A stretch of DNA of 64,000 nt, taken from assembly GCA_035403545.1 (NCBI GenBank), contig DAONFJ010000008.1, positions 4,384 to 68,383 of the forward strand. Reading direction: 5' to 3'. Source of the stretch: Spirochaetota bacterium. GTDB lineage: Bacteria; Spirochaetota; UBA4802; UBA5550. Shown here piece after piece: positions 42,032 through 51,544 of the stretch. The notes beneath the pieces are model-generated. The model was not told the origin of the DNA. It saw nothing but the letters and a program-made list of their open reading frames with translations, and made no database searches. The stretch's first letter is position 1, and each line of letters starts with the position of its first letter. The translations under genes were made by a program, and so were the position numbers.

Positions 42032-45000
42032 TTATAATTCACTTTTAATATCTACAAGCCACTTTCTGATCATGTCATCAATATCCCTGCGCTTAACCGG
42101 TTTGGAAAGGTAATCATTCATCCCCGCTTCAACGCATTTTTCCCTGTCTCCTTCCATAGCATGAGCAGTAAGCGCAATTATTGTCACATCAGGATTAAGC
42201 ACTCCGGAGTCACCACTCCTGATATATTTTGCCGCTTCATATCCATCCATATCAGGCATCTGGCAGTCCATCAGCACCAGGTGATAATCATTTTTTTTCA
42301 ATGCTTCAATACAATCATATCCGTTAACGGCATAATCTGATTTATATCCGAGTTTGCTTAAAATTGCAGTTGCTACATGGCGGTTTGTTTCATTATCCTC
42401 AACCAGAAGTATCCGTATTGAATTACGGTTAAAATCCGCTTCAGCTACACGCGCGGTTCTTCGTTTTCTTTTTACAGTTTCCTTCTGCTTTTCAACCGGC
42501 ACTGTAAAATAGAATACCGATCCGATTCCCGGAGTACTCTCAAGCTCAATACTACCGCCCATAATTTCGGAAAGTTTTTTTGAAATTGCAAGGCCAAGGC
42601 CGGTTCCGCCGTACCTCCGCGTCATGGCGCTGTCAACCTGGGTAAATGGCATAAAGAGTTCCTTTATCTTCTCTTCATGAATACCGATGCCGGTATCCTG
42701 AATCTTAAACAGAAGAACCGCTTCGGAATCTGATTCATTCACAATAGAAATGCGGATTGAAACACTTCCCTGCTCGGTAAACTTAACCGCGTTATGGGTA
42801 AGATTTGTAACAATCTGCCTTAGACGGCCGGAGTCACCTTTCAGTAAAAGAGGTACATCCGCGCCGATCTCTGCTGAAAGTTTAATACTTTTTCTTTCTG
42901 CTTTAAGTGAAAGCAATTCAATAATACCATCAATAATATTTTTCAGGTTAAAATCATAGCTTTCAAGCTGAAATTTTTCAGATTCAATTTTTGACAGATC
43001 AAGAATTTCATTAATTATAGTTAGAAGGGTATCACTGCTCGAGCCTGCAATTTCAGCATATTTTCTCTGCATCGGTTCAAGCTCCGTATCAAGAAGAAGG
43101 CTCAGCATTCCGATCACACCATTTATCGGAGTCCTGATCTCATGGCTCATATTCGCAAGAAACTGGCTTTTTGCCATATTGGCAGACTCGGCCTGAAGCG
43201 CAAGTGAATTGGCCCTCTTTACCGAGTCTTCAAGCTGCCTGATAGTTTTGACCAATTCCTCTTCCGCTCTTTTGCGTGCGGTTATTTCCATCACTGAAAC
43301 AATTCCTGCGGGCTCTCCCTTGTACTGGATGGAACCCCCTTTTAGTGATACCCATTTTTCACTGCCCTGCTTTGATATAATTTTAAATTCATACGGCAGT
43401 GGAAAATTCTTTGAGGCCTGGCGCAACTCGGCTCTTTCCCGGACAATAGCCCTGGATTCAGGCACAACGAAATCCCAGTAATTCATCCGATATAACTCAT
43501 CTCTGGTATAACCGAATATTTCTTCACCCGAATGATTAGTGTATACCCAGCGGTTTCCCTGGTGTATCATAATTGCGGCAGGTGATGATTCTGTAAGATT
43601 TCTGAAAATCGATTCGCTCTCATGGAGTTTGTCTTCAAGAATTTTTCTTTCCGTAATATCATGTATAATAGAAAAAAGCACTTTCTTGGTTTTGATTGCA
43701 ATACCGGCGGAAAATACCTCTACCGTATGGATGTCGCCGTTTGAAAGCTTGTGGGGAAAAATAAAGTGATTCTTTTTATTGGTAAATACCAGGTTGAGGT
43801 CATTTTTAATCTGTTCGGGGGTAAGCATATTAATTTCTGTTATCTTCATACTTATCAGTTCGTCACGCGTGTAGCCGTAGAAATCAACTGCTGAATTATT
43901 GACATCAACGATCATCCCGTCAGCAGGATCTATGAGCATCATGACTGCGTTATGCTCATAGAACATTTTCCTGAAACGCTCTTCGCTCTCGCGGAGCACC
44001 TCCTCGGCCTCCTTCCGGTCAGTTATATCCAGGAGATGCACTACAGTAAAAACTTTTTTATGCGCATCCGCATAAATTGAAATTCTCACTTCACAAATTT
44101 TCTGGGCTCCATCCTTTCGTATAATAGCCAGCTCATAACCTGATACTACATCATCACCTTTCTGGCGGGAGTAGTATCTTTCTGTTACAGCTTCCCTCTC
44201 TTCTTTATTTATAAATTCATAAAACTTACGGCCGGTCATCTCTCCTGAACTATAACCGAATACTTCACATACTCCTTCATTGACAAATGAAATGACCGAT
44301 TTGTTATCGATAATCATTATTCCGCCGTGAGTATTTTCAACAATAGACCTGTAGCGCTCCTCGCTCGATATCAATGCGACATTAGTAGTGATCAGCTCTT
44401 CATTTGCAGTCTCCAGCTCTTCAAGTGTAGATTGAAACTCCTCATTTATACTTTCAAGTTCGCAGTTATACTGTTTCATGTCATCTTCAAACAGTTTTCT
44501 CTCTGTAATATCGAGCGCAGTGAATGTGACACCCTTCGCAGGATCATTGATGTTAACAGGAGTTGAACTTAAAATTATGTTAATATTTCTTCCGTCTTTA
44601 CACTGCCACACTGTTTCAACAGTACCGGTTCCCTTCTCCACTATCTGATTATATCTTGCCTCTTCGTCATACTCATAGAGTTCATCTGATGGATAAAACT
44701 TTCTTGAGCTTTGATTTAAAATTTCCTCTTTTGAATAACCTGTCATTTTGCATAAAGTATCATTCGCTTCAAGTATCACCCGGTTTCTAACAAGGCCTAT
44801 GCCGACAGGCGCTGCCCTGAAAATACTTTTTATAGCATCATCTTTTTCAATGAGAATATTTTCTGATCTTATCTGCTCGTTATACAGTACAGCAATAGAA
44901 AGCTGATCAGCCATCTGGCACGCAAAAGTTATTTCATCCGGCATCCATTTATGGGTTTTATCCACGTGCCCGAAAGATAAAATTCCGGCATTCCGGCCTG

Positions 45001-46165
45001 CTATCCTCACAGCAGGCATAAGCATTGAAGTTATATTCAGCGGATTAAAATAATTTTCAATATATACGTTACTTTCGGGATCATCAAAAAAATCTTCATT
45101 AGTTATATATCTTGATGAAGAAAAAGCTTTAAAATTCTTTTCATAAACAGCTCTTACAATTACCTGCCCGGATGAATGCTTTCCCGCGGATAATTCATAC
45201 AGATCAACACACCTGAGGTTATCACCAGTCTCATCGAAAAGCCAGATACCGACTCTCGCCGCCCCTGATGCTTCAGCAGCTTTTTCTGTTATTACCGGAG
45301 CAAGCTGCGGGATGTTCCCTGAAACAAGAAAATGCGAAGCGGATACTTCAGATATAGCATTCTGCTGCAGTTCATACCGGTCAAGCGCCCGGTTCATTAT
45401 ATCTTCAGCATTTTTTCGGTTTGTAATATCTGAAATTATTCCCGTAGCACCGTGGAATACACCATCTCTTATGTCCGGATTGATATTAACCCTGACCCAT
45501 ATGACTCTCCCCGAAGATGTGACAGCGCGGAAATCAGTCAACCCGACATCAATACCGTTTTTTATATCAGTAAAAACATTTACTGCATTTTCACGATCAT
45601 CATTATATGCGAACTCAATAAAATTTTTACTCTTAACGTCATCCTGTTTGTATCCTGCCACTTTTTCGACTGCAGGGCTTACATACAAAACCTCACCATT
45701 ACTGTTAATTTCAAAAATAATATCTTTTACATTTTCAACAAGGGCCTGATATCTCTTTTCTCTTTCAGCGATTATATTATTCGCACGCTGAAGTTCGAGT
45801 GCCATTTCAATGGAAGAGAGAAGGACAAAATCCCCCGAGTTTTTTAAAACATACCCGTATCTTGTAATTGACCTGACATTCTCAACTATATCTTTTTCAG
45901 AATGTGATGTTAAAAAAATAACCGGGATGTCTCTATCCGCGAGAATTATTCTGGCAGTTTCCGTTCCGTCGATACCATCGCCAAGATTAATATCAGTAAG
46001 AACCAGGTCAATATCATGGTTACTGCTTACAAGCTGTACGGCTTCCTCACCTGTTGAGGCGGCAATAACATCGTAACCGTTTCTTTTGAGCATGGCACAC
46101 TGGGCAAGAGAGGTGATCATTTCATCTTCAACGAGGAGTAACTTTTTCTTTTTGTCATCAGTCAT
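42032..46165 (-). CDS. Hybrid kinase REC-PAS-GAF-PAS-coiled coil-PAS-PAS-PAS-HisKA-HATPase-REC
   Basis: FLANMSHEIRTPING, DTGIG, GGTGLGLAI, terminal REC LMDCQMPDMDG. Confidence 0.92.
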   Translation of the reverse strand: MTDDKKKKLLLVEDEMITSLAQCAMLKRNGYDVIAASTGEEAVQLVSSNHDIDLVLTDINLGDGIDGTETARIILADRDIPVIFLTSHSEKDIVENVRSITRYGYVLKNSGDFVLLSSIEMALELQRANNIIAEREKRYQALVENVKDIIFEINSNGEVLYVSPAVEKVAGYKQDDVKSKNFIEFAYNDDRENAVNVFTDIKNGIDVGLTDFRAVTSSGRVIWVRVNINPDIRDGVFHGATGIISDITNRKNAEDIMNRALDRYELQQNAISEVSASHFLVSGNIPQLAPVITEKAAEASGAARVGIWLFDETGDNLRCVDLYELSAGKHSSGQVIVRAVYEKNFKAFSSSRYITNEDFFDDPESNVYIENYFNPLNITSMLMPAVRIAGRNAGILSFGHVDKTHKWMPDEITFACQMADQLSIAVLYNEQIRSENILIEKDDAIKSIFRAAPVGIGLVRNRVILEANDTLCKMTGYSKEEILNQSSRKFYPSDELYEYDEEARYNQIVEKGTGTVETVWQCKDGRNINIILSSTPVNINDPAKGVTFTALDITERKLFEDDMKQYNCELESINEEFQSTLEELETANEELITTNVALISSEERYRSIVENTHGGIMIIDNKSVISFVNEGVCEVFGYSSGEMTGRKFYEFINKEEREAVTERYYSRQKGDDVVSGYELAIIRKDGAQKICEVRISIYADAHKKVFTVVHLLDITDRKEAEEVLRESEERFRKMFYEHNAVMMLIDPADGMIVDVNNSAVDFYGYTRDELISMKITEINMLTPEQIKNDLNLVFTNKKNHFIFPHKLSNGDIHTVEVFSAGIAIKTKKVLFSIIHDITERKILEDKLHESESIFRNLTESSPAAIMIHQGNRWVYTNHSGEEIFGYTRDELYRMNYWDFVVPESRAIVRERAELRQASKNFPLPYEFKIISKQGSEKWVSLKGGSIQYKGEPAGIVSVMEITARKRAEEELVKTIRQLEDSVKRANSLALQAESANMAKSQFLANMSHEIRTPINGVIGMLSLLLDTELEPMQRKYAEIAGSSSDTLLTIINEILDLSKIESEKFQLESYDFNLKNIIDGIIELLSLKAERKSIKLSAEIGADVPLLLKGDSGRLRQIVTNLTHNAVKFTEQGSVSIRISIVNESDSEAVLLFKIQDTGIGIHEEKIKELFMPFTQVDSAMTRRYGGTGLGLAISKKLSEIMGGSIELESTPGIGSVFYFTVPVEKQKETVKRKRRTARVAEADFNRNSIRILLVEDNETNRHVATAILSKLGYKSDYAVNGYDCIEALKKNDYHLVLMDCQMPDMDGYEAAKYIRSGDSGVLNPDVTIIALTAHAMEGDREKCVEAGMNDYLSKPVKRRDIDDMIRKWLVDIKSEL

Positions 46166-46385
46166 CGATTAACCTTACAGTAGATAAATTCAACTCTGAC
46201 ACGGGCAGAATACTATAAGCTGATATCCAGGAGTGGACTTTCCTGAGAAATTCTGCAGTGCTTACTTCCTGATACGAAACCGGAATTATACAAAAATGTT
46301 GCAAATATGAGCGCACTTTAATTTTATAAAAAAAGAATATTTAAATTTGGAATTTTTAATTAAATATTCATAATTTAATATTCAG

Positions 46386-46413
46386 AATATACGAGTGAGC
46401 GCTCATTTGTCAA
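46386..46413 (-). promoter_or_regulatory. sigma70 promoter with a palindromic operator in its spacer
   Basis: Minus strand TTGACA-AATGAGCGCTCACTCG-TATATT; palindrome TGAGCGCTCA at 46396-46405; related TGAGCGCACT at 46308-46317. Confidence 0.55.
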
Positions 46414-46829
46414 TACTAAAACAGTTGGAGAATAAAATCCGGTTTTGAATACTGAATTAAATCAGCAACATGAACCTGATACCTCTACTATTATTATATG
46501 TAACCGGCGACAAAGCAGCCTCCTCTAAAATTTAGAGATCGCCCGGCTTAAGAAAACTACCGTAGACAATTAATTATGCGGGAATTAATAAACAGAAAAC
46601 TGGCTCAAAAATTTAATAAATTATACCATTCATATTCTTTCAAAGAAATACTGAAATTTTTATTTAACATATATTTTTAAAACAACCCGAATTACATAAT
46701 CGTTTATTTTGCACTAAAATATATGTTAAGGAACAGCATTGAAAATAAATTACTGATTATATTATTAATGGTATAAAGCGTGCATTACTAAAGATTAGAT
46801 GTTAATGATTGAAACTGAGAGGATATAGA

Positions 46830-47156
46830 ATGAGAATAAACATTGATGACGCAGCAAGAGAGTACATTCTGAAGAAAGGGGGAAATGTCAGAATCCTTAT
46901 ACAATCCTGCCATTCGGGCGGAGGCTGAGGCCCTGCACGGCAGGTAACAAGCCGTATCCCTGCAGTCTGCATGGGTAAACCAGTTGGAGCAATAGAAAAA
47001 TTATACGCAGAACATGAATGTGATGGAATTTCCGTATGGATTGATACGACCATCAACGATAAATGCGCGGAGGAAATAAGTATCGGTTACAAAAAAATCC
47101 TCTTTTTCGGGGAGCTCACTTTAAAAGGAATTTCTACTCAGGTTTGTGTCAGATAA
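46830..47156 (+). CDS. Probable small selenoprotein (HesB-like / CC-Se-motif type), 108 aa, Sec at codon 33 (TGA 46926-46928)
   Basis: RBS GAGAGGA and ATG 46830 give MRINIDDAAREYILKKGGNVRILIQSCHSGGG-TGA-GPARQVTSRIPAVC, in frame with the ORF-track fragment MGKPVGAIEK...VCVR. A stem-loop follows the TGA. Confidence 0.75.
46931..46975 (+). other. Candidate bacterial SECIS stem-loop
   Basis: Pairings CCC/GGG, TGCA/TGCA and GCAGG/CCTGC, or alternatively ACGGC-AGGTAACAA-GCCGT, beginning 3 nt after the in-frame TGA. Confidence 0.5.
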
Positions 47157-47261
47157 TCAGGTGAATATTTATATATCACACTTGTTAATCAGTCTTGACA
47201 CAATCAATGAGCAGAATATATTTTATCATCAGAAGGCACATCGTCACCAGGCAGGTCTTGA

Positions 47262-49367
47262 ATGAGGGTAAGGGATTTTCTCGTAAGCAGCAGAATTCAT
47301 TTTTTCAATCCGAAGGATACTATTAAAGAGGCATCATCGGTTTTCCACGACCTTAAAATTGATGCCTCACCTGTAGTGGATAAGGATGGAGCGCTTATAG
47401 GGCTCTTTACAAAATCGCATGTTTTCAAAGCGATTAAAAACGGTATGAGCATGGAAACTCCGCTGGACGAGCTTATGACAAAAAATGTTATAGCAGGACA
47501 CCCGGATGATGACGTTGAAGACAGGTTTTATTTCAAACATGGTTACCTTCCCGTTGTCGAAAACGGGATGGCGGTCGGAATAGTAGCAATACCGGACTTC
47601 GTGAGAACATTTCACGACTGGTATAAAATGACCCGCAACATTACTGACGCAATTATAAATTCATCGCGAAATCTCATCATAGCAATTGATACAGATGAAA
47701 GGATTACCCTGGTAAATAAATCAGCCGCCGAAACATTCGGCAGAGATGTTAATGAACTTTCAGGTTTAAAAATACATGAACTGCTCCCTATAGTAGAACT
47801 CGGAGCTGTTATGAAAAGCGGCGAGGTTCCTCCTGTAATAAAGGTTACCCTGAATGAAAGGGCATATATAAACAGGAGCTATCCCATCTGGTTCGAGGGA
47901 AAAATTATCGGTGCAGTGGCGGTCTTTCAGGACATACAGGATCTGGCGAATATTGTACTTGAACTCGGATCAGCCAGGGAATTGAACCGCGATCTTCAGG
48001 CAATAATTGAATCATCGTCTGACGGGATTTTTGTATGTGACGGCAATGCGAATGTTTTAAGAATAAACAAGGCATATCAGGAGATTACCGGACTTGATAC
48101 ATCCGGATTTTACGGCCGCAACATGAGAGACCTTGTGGCTGACGGCACATTTTCCCAGTCAACTACACTGCTGGTGCTTGAAAGAAATGAACCGGTAAAC
48201 CTGGTACAGAAGACAAGTACAGGGAAGTCTCTCCTTGCTTCAGGCGTGCCGGTGTATGATGAAAACGGAAAAATTTTCAGGGTAGTTTCCAGTGTCAGGG
48301 ATATTACCGAGCTGTACAACCTGGAGAACAAGCTGCAGGACACTGAAAAAATGACCGAGGAGTTCAGAAAAGAGCTTAACTATCTCAGAATAAGGGATGT
48401 TAAAAACATTGAAGGTATGATAATAAGCTCGGAAAAAATGAACAATATTGTAGATACAGCAATCCGCCTGGCAAAAGTTGACTCAACAATAATGGTAACC
48501 GGTGAATCAGGAACCGGAAAGGATCTTGTAGCCGGAATAATTCACAAATACAGTACAAGATCCGAAAAACCATTCATTAAAGTAAACTGCGGGGCAATCC
48601 CTCCTAACCTTATAGAATCTGAACTTTTCGGTTATGAAGAGGGTGCTTTTACCGGCGCCAAGAAAGGGGGCAAACCGGGATATTTTGAAATGGCAGACAA
48701 AGGCAGCCTGTTTCTCGATGAAATAGGAGAGCTTCCTTACGATCTGCAGGCAAAACTCCTCAGGGTACTTCAGCACAAAGAGCTTAACCGGGTTGGCGGG
48801 CAGAAGTTCAGAAGCATTGATGTAAGGATTATTGCCGCGACAAACAGGGACCTCCTGGATATGGTCAAAGAGAAAAAATTCCGTGAAGATCTGTACTACA
48901 GGCTTAATGTTGTTCCTCTGTTTATACCGCCCCTAAGGGAGAGACGGGAGGATATTCAGTTCCTTACTTCATTTTTTCTCAAGATATTTAATGACAGTTT
49001 TAGTATGAAGAAAAGGCTCTCACCGGACCTCGTGGATAAATTCGAAGAGTATTCCTGGCCGGGAAATATAAGGGAACTGAGAAACCTTGTGGAAAGGCTT
49101 GTCGTTATGTGCCCTGATGATATTATAACTATAAAGGATCTCCCCTCAACTATATGCTCAGAGCTTAAATGCCAGGAACCCGATAAAGGCATAGTGGTGA
49201 ATACTTTAATGCCGGTAATTGAAGCTCTTGAAATTGTCGAGAAGCAGCTTATAGAAAAAGCATATCAGCAGTATTCAACAACAAGACAAATGGCGCAGCA
49301 TCTGAAGATCAGTGCATCTTCAATCGTTAGAAAAGCGGCCAAATACGGAATAACTAAACGTCATTGA
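47262..49367 (+). CDS. sigma54-dependent enhancer-binding protein CBS-CBS-PAS-PAS-AAA-HTH
   Basis: GESGTGKD Walker A, ESELFGYEEGAFTGA, FLDEIGEL, REDLYYRLNV, WPGNIRELRN, C-terminal HTH. Confidence 0.95.
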   Translation: MRVRDFLVSSRIHFFNPKDTIKEASSVFHDLKIDASPVVDKDGALIGLFTKSHVFKAIKNGMSMETPLDELMTKNVIAGHPDDDVEDRFYFKHGYLPVVENGMAVGIVAIPDFVRTFHDWYKMTRNITDAIINSSRNLIIAIDTDERITLVNKSAAETFGRDVNELSGLKIHELLPIVELGAVMKSGEVPPVIKVTLNERAYINRSYPIWFEGKIIGAVAVFQDIQDLANIVLELGSARELNRDLQAIIESSSDGIFVCDGNANVLRINKAYQEITGLDTSGFYGRNMRDLVADGTFSQSTTLLVLERNEPVNLVQKTSTGKSLLASGVPVYDENGKIFRVVSSVRDITELYNLENKLQDTEKMTEEFRKELNYLRIRDVKNIEGMIISSEKMNNIVDTAIRLAKVDSTIMVTGESGTGKDLVAGIIHKYSTRSEKPFIKVNCGAIPPNLIESELFGYEEGAFTGAKKGGKPGYFEMADKGSLFLDEIGELPYDLQAKLLRVLQHKELNRVGGQKFRSIDVRIIAATNRDLLDMVKEKKFREDLYYRLNVVPLFIPPLRERREDIQFLTSFFLKIFNDSFSMKKRLSPDLVDKFEEYSWPGNIRELRNLVERLVVMCPDDIITIKDLPSTICSELKCQEPDKGIVVNTLMPVIEALEIVEKQLIEKAYQQYSTTRQMAQHLKISASSIVRKAAKYGITKRH

Positions 49368-49482
49368 TTATTTTATAATAGTAAAACATTGCTTAAATGC
49401 AGATCCATACTGCGGGGTCAGAGCCCGGATCTGTAAATTCTGATGTTTACCCCTATAAAAGTTAAAAATTAACCTCTTTTTC

Positions 49483-49538
49483 TGTTTCAATATTGAAACA
49501 CTGTTTCAATATTGAAATTCTGTTTCAATATTGAAACA
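49483..49538. promoter_or_regulatory. Three tandem 18-bp palindromes with a 19-bp period: candidate upstream activator sequences
   Basis: TGTTTCAATATTGAAACA at 49483 and 49521 (perfect); TGTTTCAATATTGAAATT at 49502. Confidence 0.75.
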
Positions 49539-49720
49539 GAAACAAAAAAAACTAGCCACATTCTGATTAACTGTTTTACTATTCGGGAAGAAACCTCAAT
49601 TAAACCGCAAAGAATTATTTTTAATGCTGATAAGCAGCAATTTCAAATCAAACTGATACTAAACAAAACAGATTGATCAATCAATACAGATATGCTGATT
49701 CTTTTAGTATTATAACCTCC

Positions 49721-49738
49721 TGTTTCATAACTGAAACA
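49721..49738. promoter_or_regulatory. Fourth TGTTTCA-N4-TGAAACA site
   Basis: TGTTTCA-TAAC-TGAAACA. Confidence 0.7.
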
Positions 49739-50022
49739 AAACCCATCTCCTCTTAACCCGGAAAAAATGAAAATCCTGTAATAATTTTTTTTAATCTTAA
49801 AAAAAATCAATCCGTAAACGTTTCTTTATTCAGCATTTATAATATTATTAACTCTTTATACGGCAATAATGAATATTAAAACTATTTTTTAGCGCTATTA
49901 AGCCTTTTACAATAAACAAATCTTAAATTCTGCCCATTTTTTAATAAAAAAAATTGGAACACAGAGATTAATTCAGTAGTTTCCAGATACTGAATTTTTT
50001 TACTTCATAAACAACAAACAAC

Positions 50023-50037
50023 TGGCACGCAACTTGC
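50023..50037 (+). promoter_or_regulatory. sigma54 (-24/-12) promoter of the abfD operon
   Basis: TGGCACG-CAAC-TTGC matches the consensus, 57 nt before the abfD ATG and downstream of a GAFTGA activator gene. Confidence 0.9.
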
Positions 50038-50094
50038 GTTATAGAGATGTATGCAACTTTAAAAATTTGATTAAAAAATTCGGAGGAATTATAA

Positions 50095-51537
50095 ATGAAA
50101 ACAGGAAAAGAATACGAAGATAGTTTGAGAAAGCTTAAACTCAAAGTTTATCTCTTTGGAAAAAAAGTTGAGAATGTCGTTGATGACCCGATCATCCGCC
50201 CTTCCATGAATGCCGTTAAACTGACTTATGAGCTGGCACAACTGCCGGAATATGAGGATTTGCTTACAGCAACCTCTCACATATCAGGCAAGAAGATAAA
50301 CAGATTTACCAATATTCACCAGAGTGCTGCTGACCTTGTAAAGAAAACAAAGATGGAAAGGCTTCTCGGATCTCAGACTGGATGTTGCTTTCAGAGATGT
50401 GTCGGCATGGACGCAATGAACGCTTTATCAATTACAACTTTCAATATTGATAAAAAATATGGAACTGAATACAACAAACGTTTTCTGAAATATCTTTCTT
50501 TTGTTCAGGAAGAAGACCTTGTATGCGACGGAGCAATGACAGACCCTAAAGGTGACAGGAACCTCGCGCCAAACCAGCAGGCAGACCCTGATATGTTCCT
50601 CCATGTTGTAGAAGAAAAAGCTGACGGTATAGTTGTAACCGGAGCTAAAGCTCACCAGACCGGAGCTGTAAACTCACATGAAATTATTGTAATGCCGACA
50701 CAGGCTATGAAAGAGGAAGACAAGGACTACGCTATTTCATTCGCGCTTCCATCAGACGCAGAAGGCATAACCTACATATACGGCCGTCAGTCATGTGATA
50801 CACGTAAGCTTGAGAAGGGAACAATCGACAGAGGAAACCAGATTTTCGGCGGACATGAAGCTCTTGTTGTTTTCGATAAAGTTTTTGTACCATGGGACAG
50901 AGTCTTCATGTACAAAGAGTACGATTTCGCGGGAGAACTTGTTGAAAACTTCGCATCATATCACAGACAGAGCTATGCCTGTAAAGTAGGAGTCGGCGAC
51001 GTACTTATCGGCGCGACACAGGTTGCGGCAAATTATAACGGCGCAGAGAAAGCGTCTCATGTTAAAGACAAAATTATTGAAATGAACCATCTGAATGAAA
51101 CACTCTTCTGCGGATCACTTGCATGCGCGGGCGAGGGAAGCAAACAGCCTTCAGGCACATATCTTGTAAACATACTCCTTGCCAATGTATGCAAGCAGAA
51201 CGTAACCAGATATCCATATGAGATAGCAAGACTTGCACAGGATATCGCCGGCGGACTCATGGTAACCATGCCGTCTGAAGATGACCTGAATTCACCTGAA
51301 ATAGGACAGTATGTTAAAAAGTATTTCAGAGGAAGAGCAGACGTGACAACTGAAAACAGAATGAGAATACTCAGGCTTATTGAAAATATCACACTTGGTT
51401 CTGCAGCAGTTGGTTACCTTACAGAGTCTATGCACGGTGCAGGATCACCGCAGGCGCAGAGAATTATGATCGCACGCCAGGTGAACATGGCCGAGAAGAT
51501 GAAAACAGCAAAAAAATTAAGCGGAATTGTTGAGTAA
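50095..51537 (+). CDS. abfD: 4-hydroxybutyryl-CoA dehydratase / vinylacetyl-CoA delta-isomerase
   Basis: CFQRCVGMDA, DGAMTDPKGDR, GAKAHQTG, YHRQSYACK (Fe-S Cys/His ligands), ESMHGAGSPQAQR. Confidence 0.93.
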   Translation: MKTGKEYEDSLRKLKLKVYLFGKKVENVVDDPIIRPSMNAVKLTYELAQLPEYEDLLTATSHISGKKINRFTNIHQSAADLVKKTKMERLLGSQTGCCFQRCVGMDAMNALSITTFNIDKKYGTEYNKRFLKYLSFVQEEDLVCDGAMTDPKGDRNLAPNQQADPDMFLHVVEEKADGIVVTGAKAHQTGAVNSHEIIVMPTQAMKEEDKDYAISFALPSDAEGITYIYGRQSCDTRKLEKGTIDRGNQIFGGHEALVVFDKVFVPWDRVFMYKEYDFAGELVENFASYHRQSYACKVGVGDVLIGATQVAANYNGAEKASHVKDKIIEMNHLNETLFCGSLACAGEGSKQPSGTYLVNILLANVCKQNVTRYPYEIARLAQDIAGGLMVTMPSEDDLNSPEIGQYVKKYFRGRADVTTENRMRILRLIENITLGSAAVGYLTESMHGAGSPQAQRIMIARQVNMAEKMKTAKKLSGIVE

Positions 51538-51544
51538 AGAATCA

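Noticed and set aside
46971-47156. Stand-alone 61-aa ORF (and the antisense ORF 46802-47056)
   Set aside because: Better explained as the C-terminal part of the TGA-readthrough ORF starting at 46830.
49483-49538. CRISPR-like or mini-satellite interpretation of the triple palindrome
   Set aside because: There are no spacers (1 nt between units) and no cas genes. Its position upstream of a sigma54 promoter fits enhancer sites.
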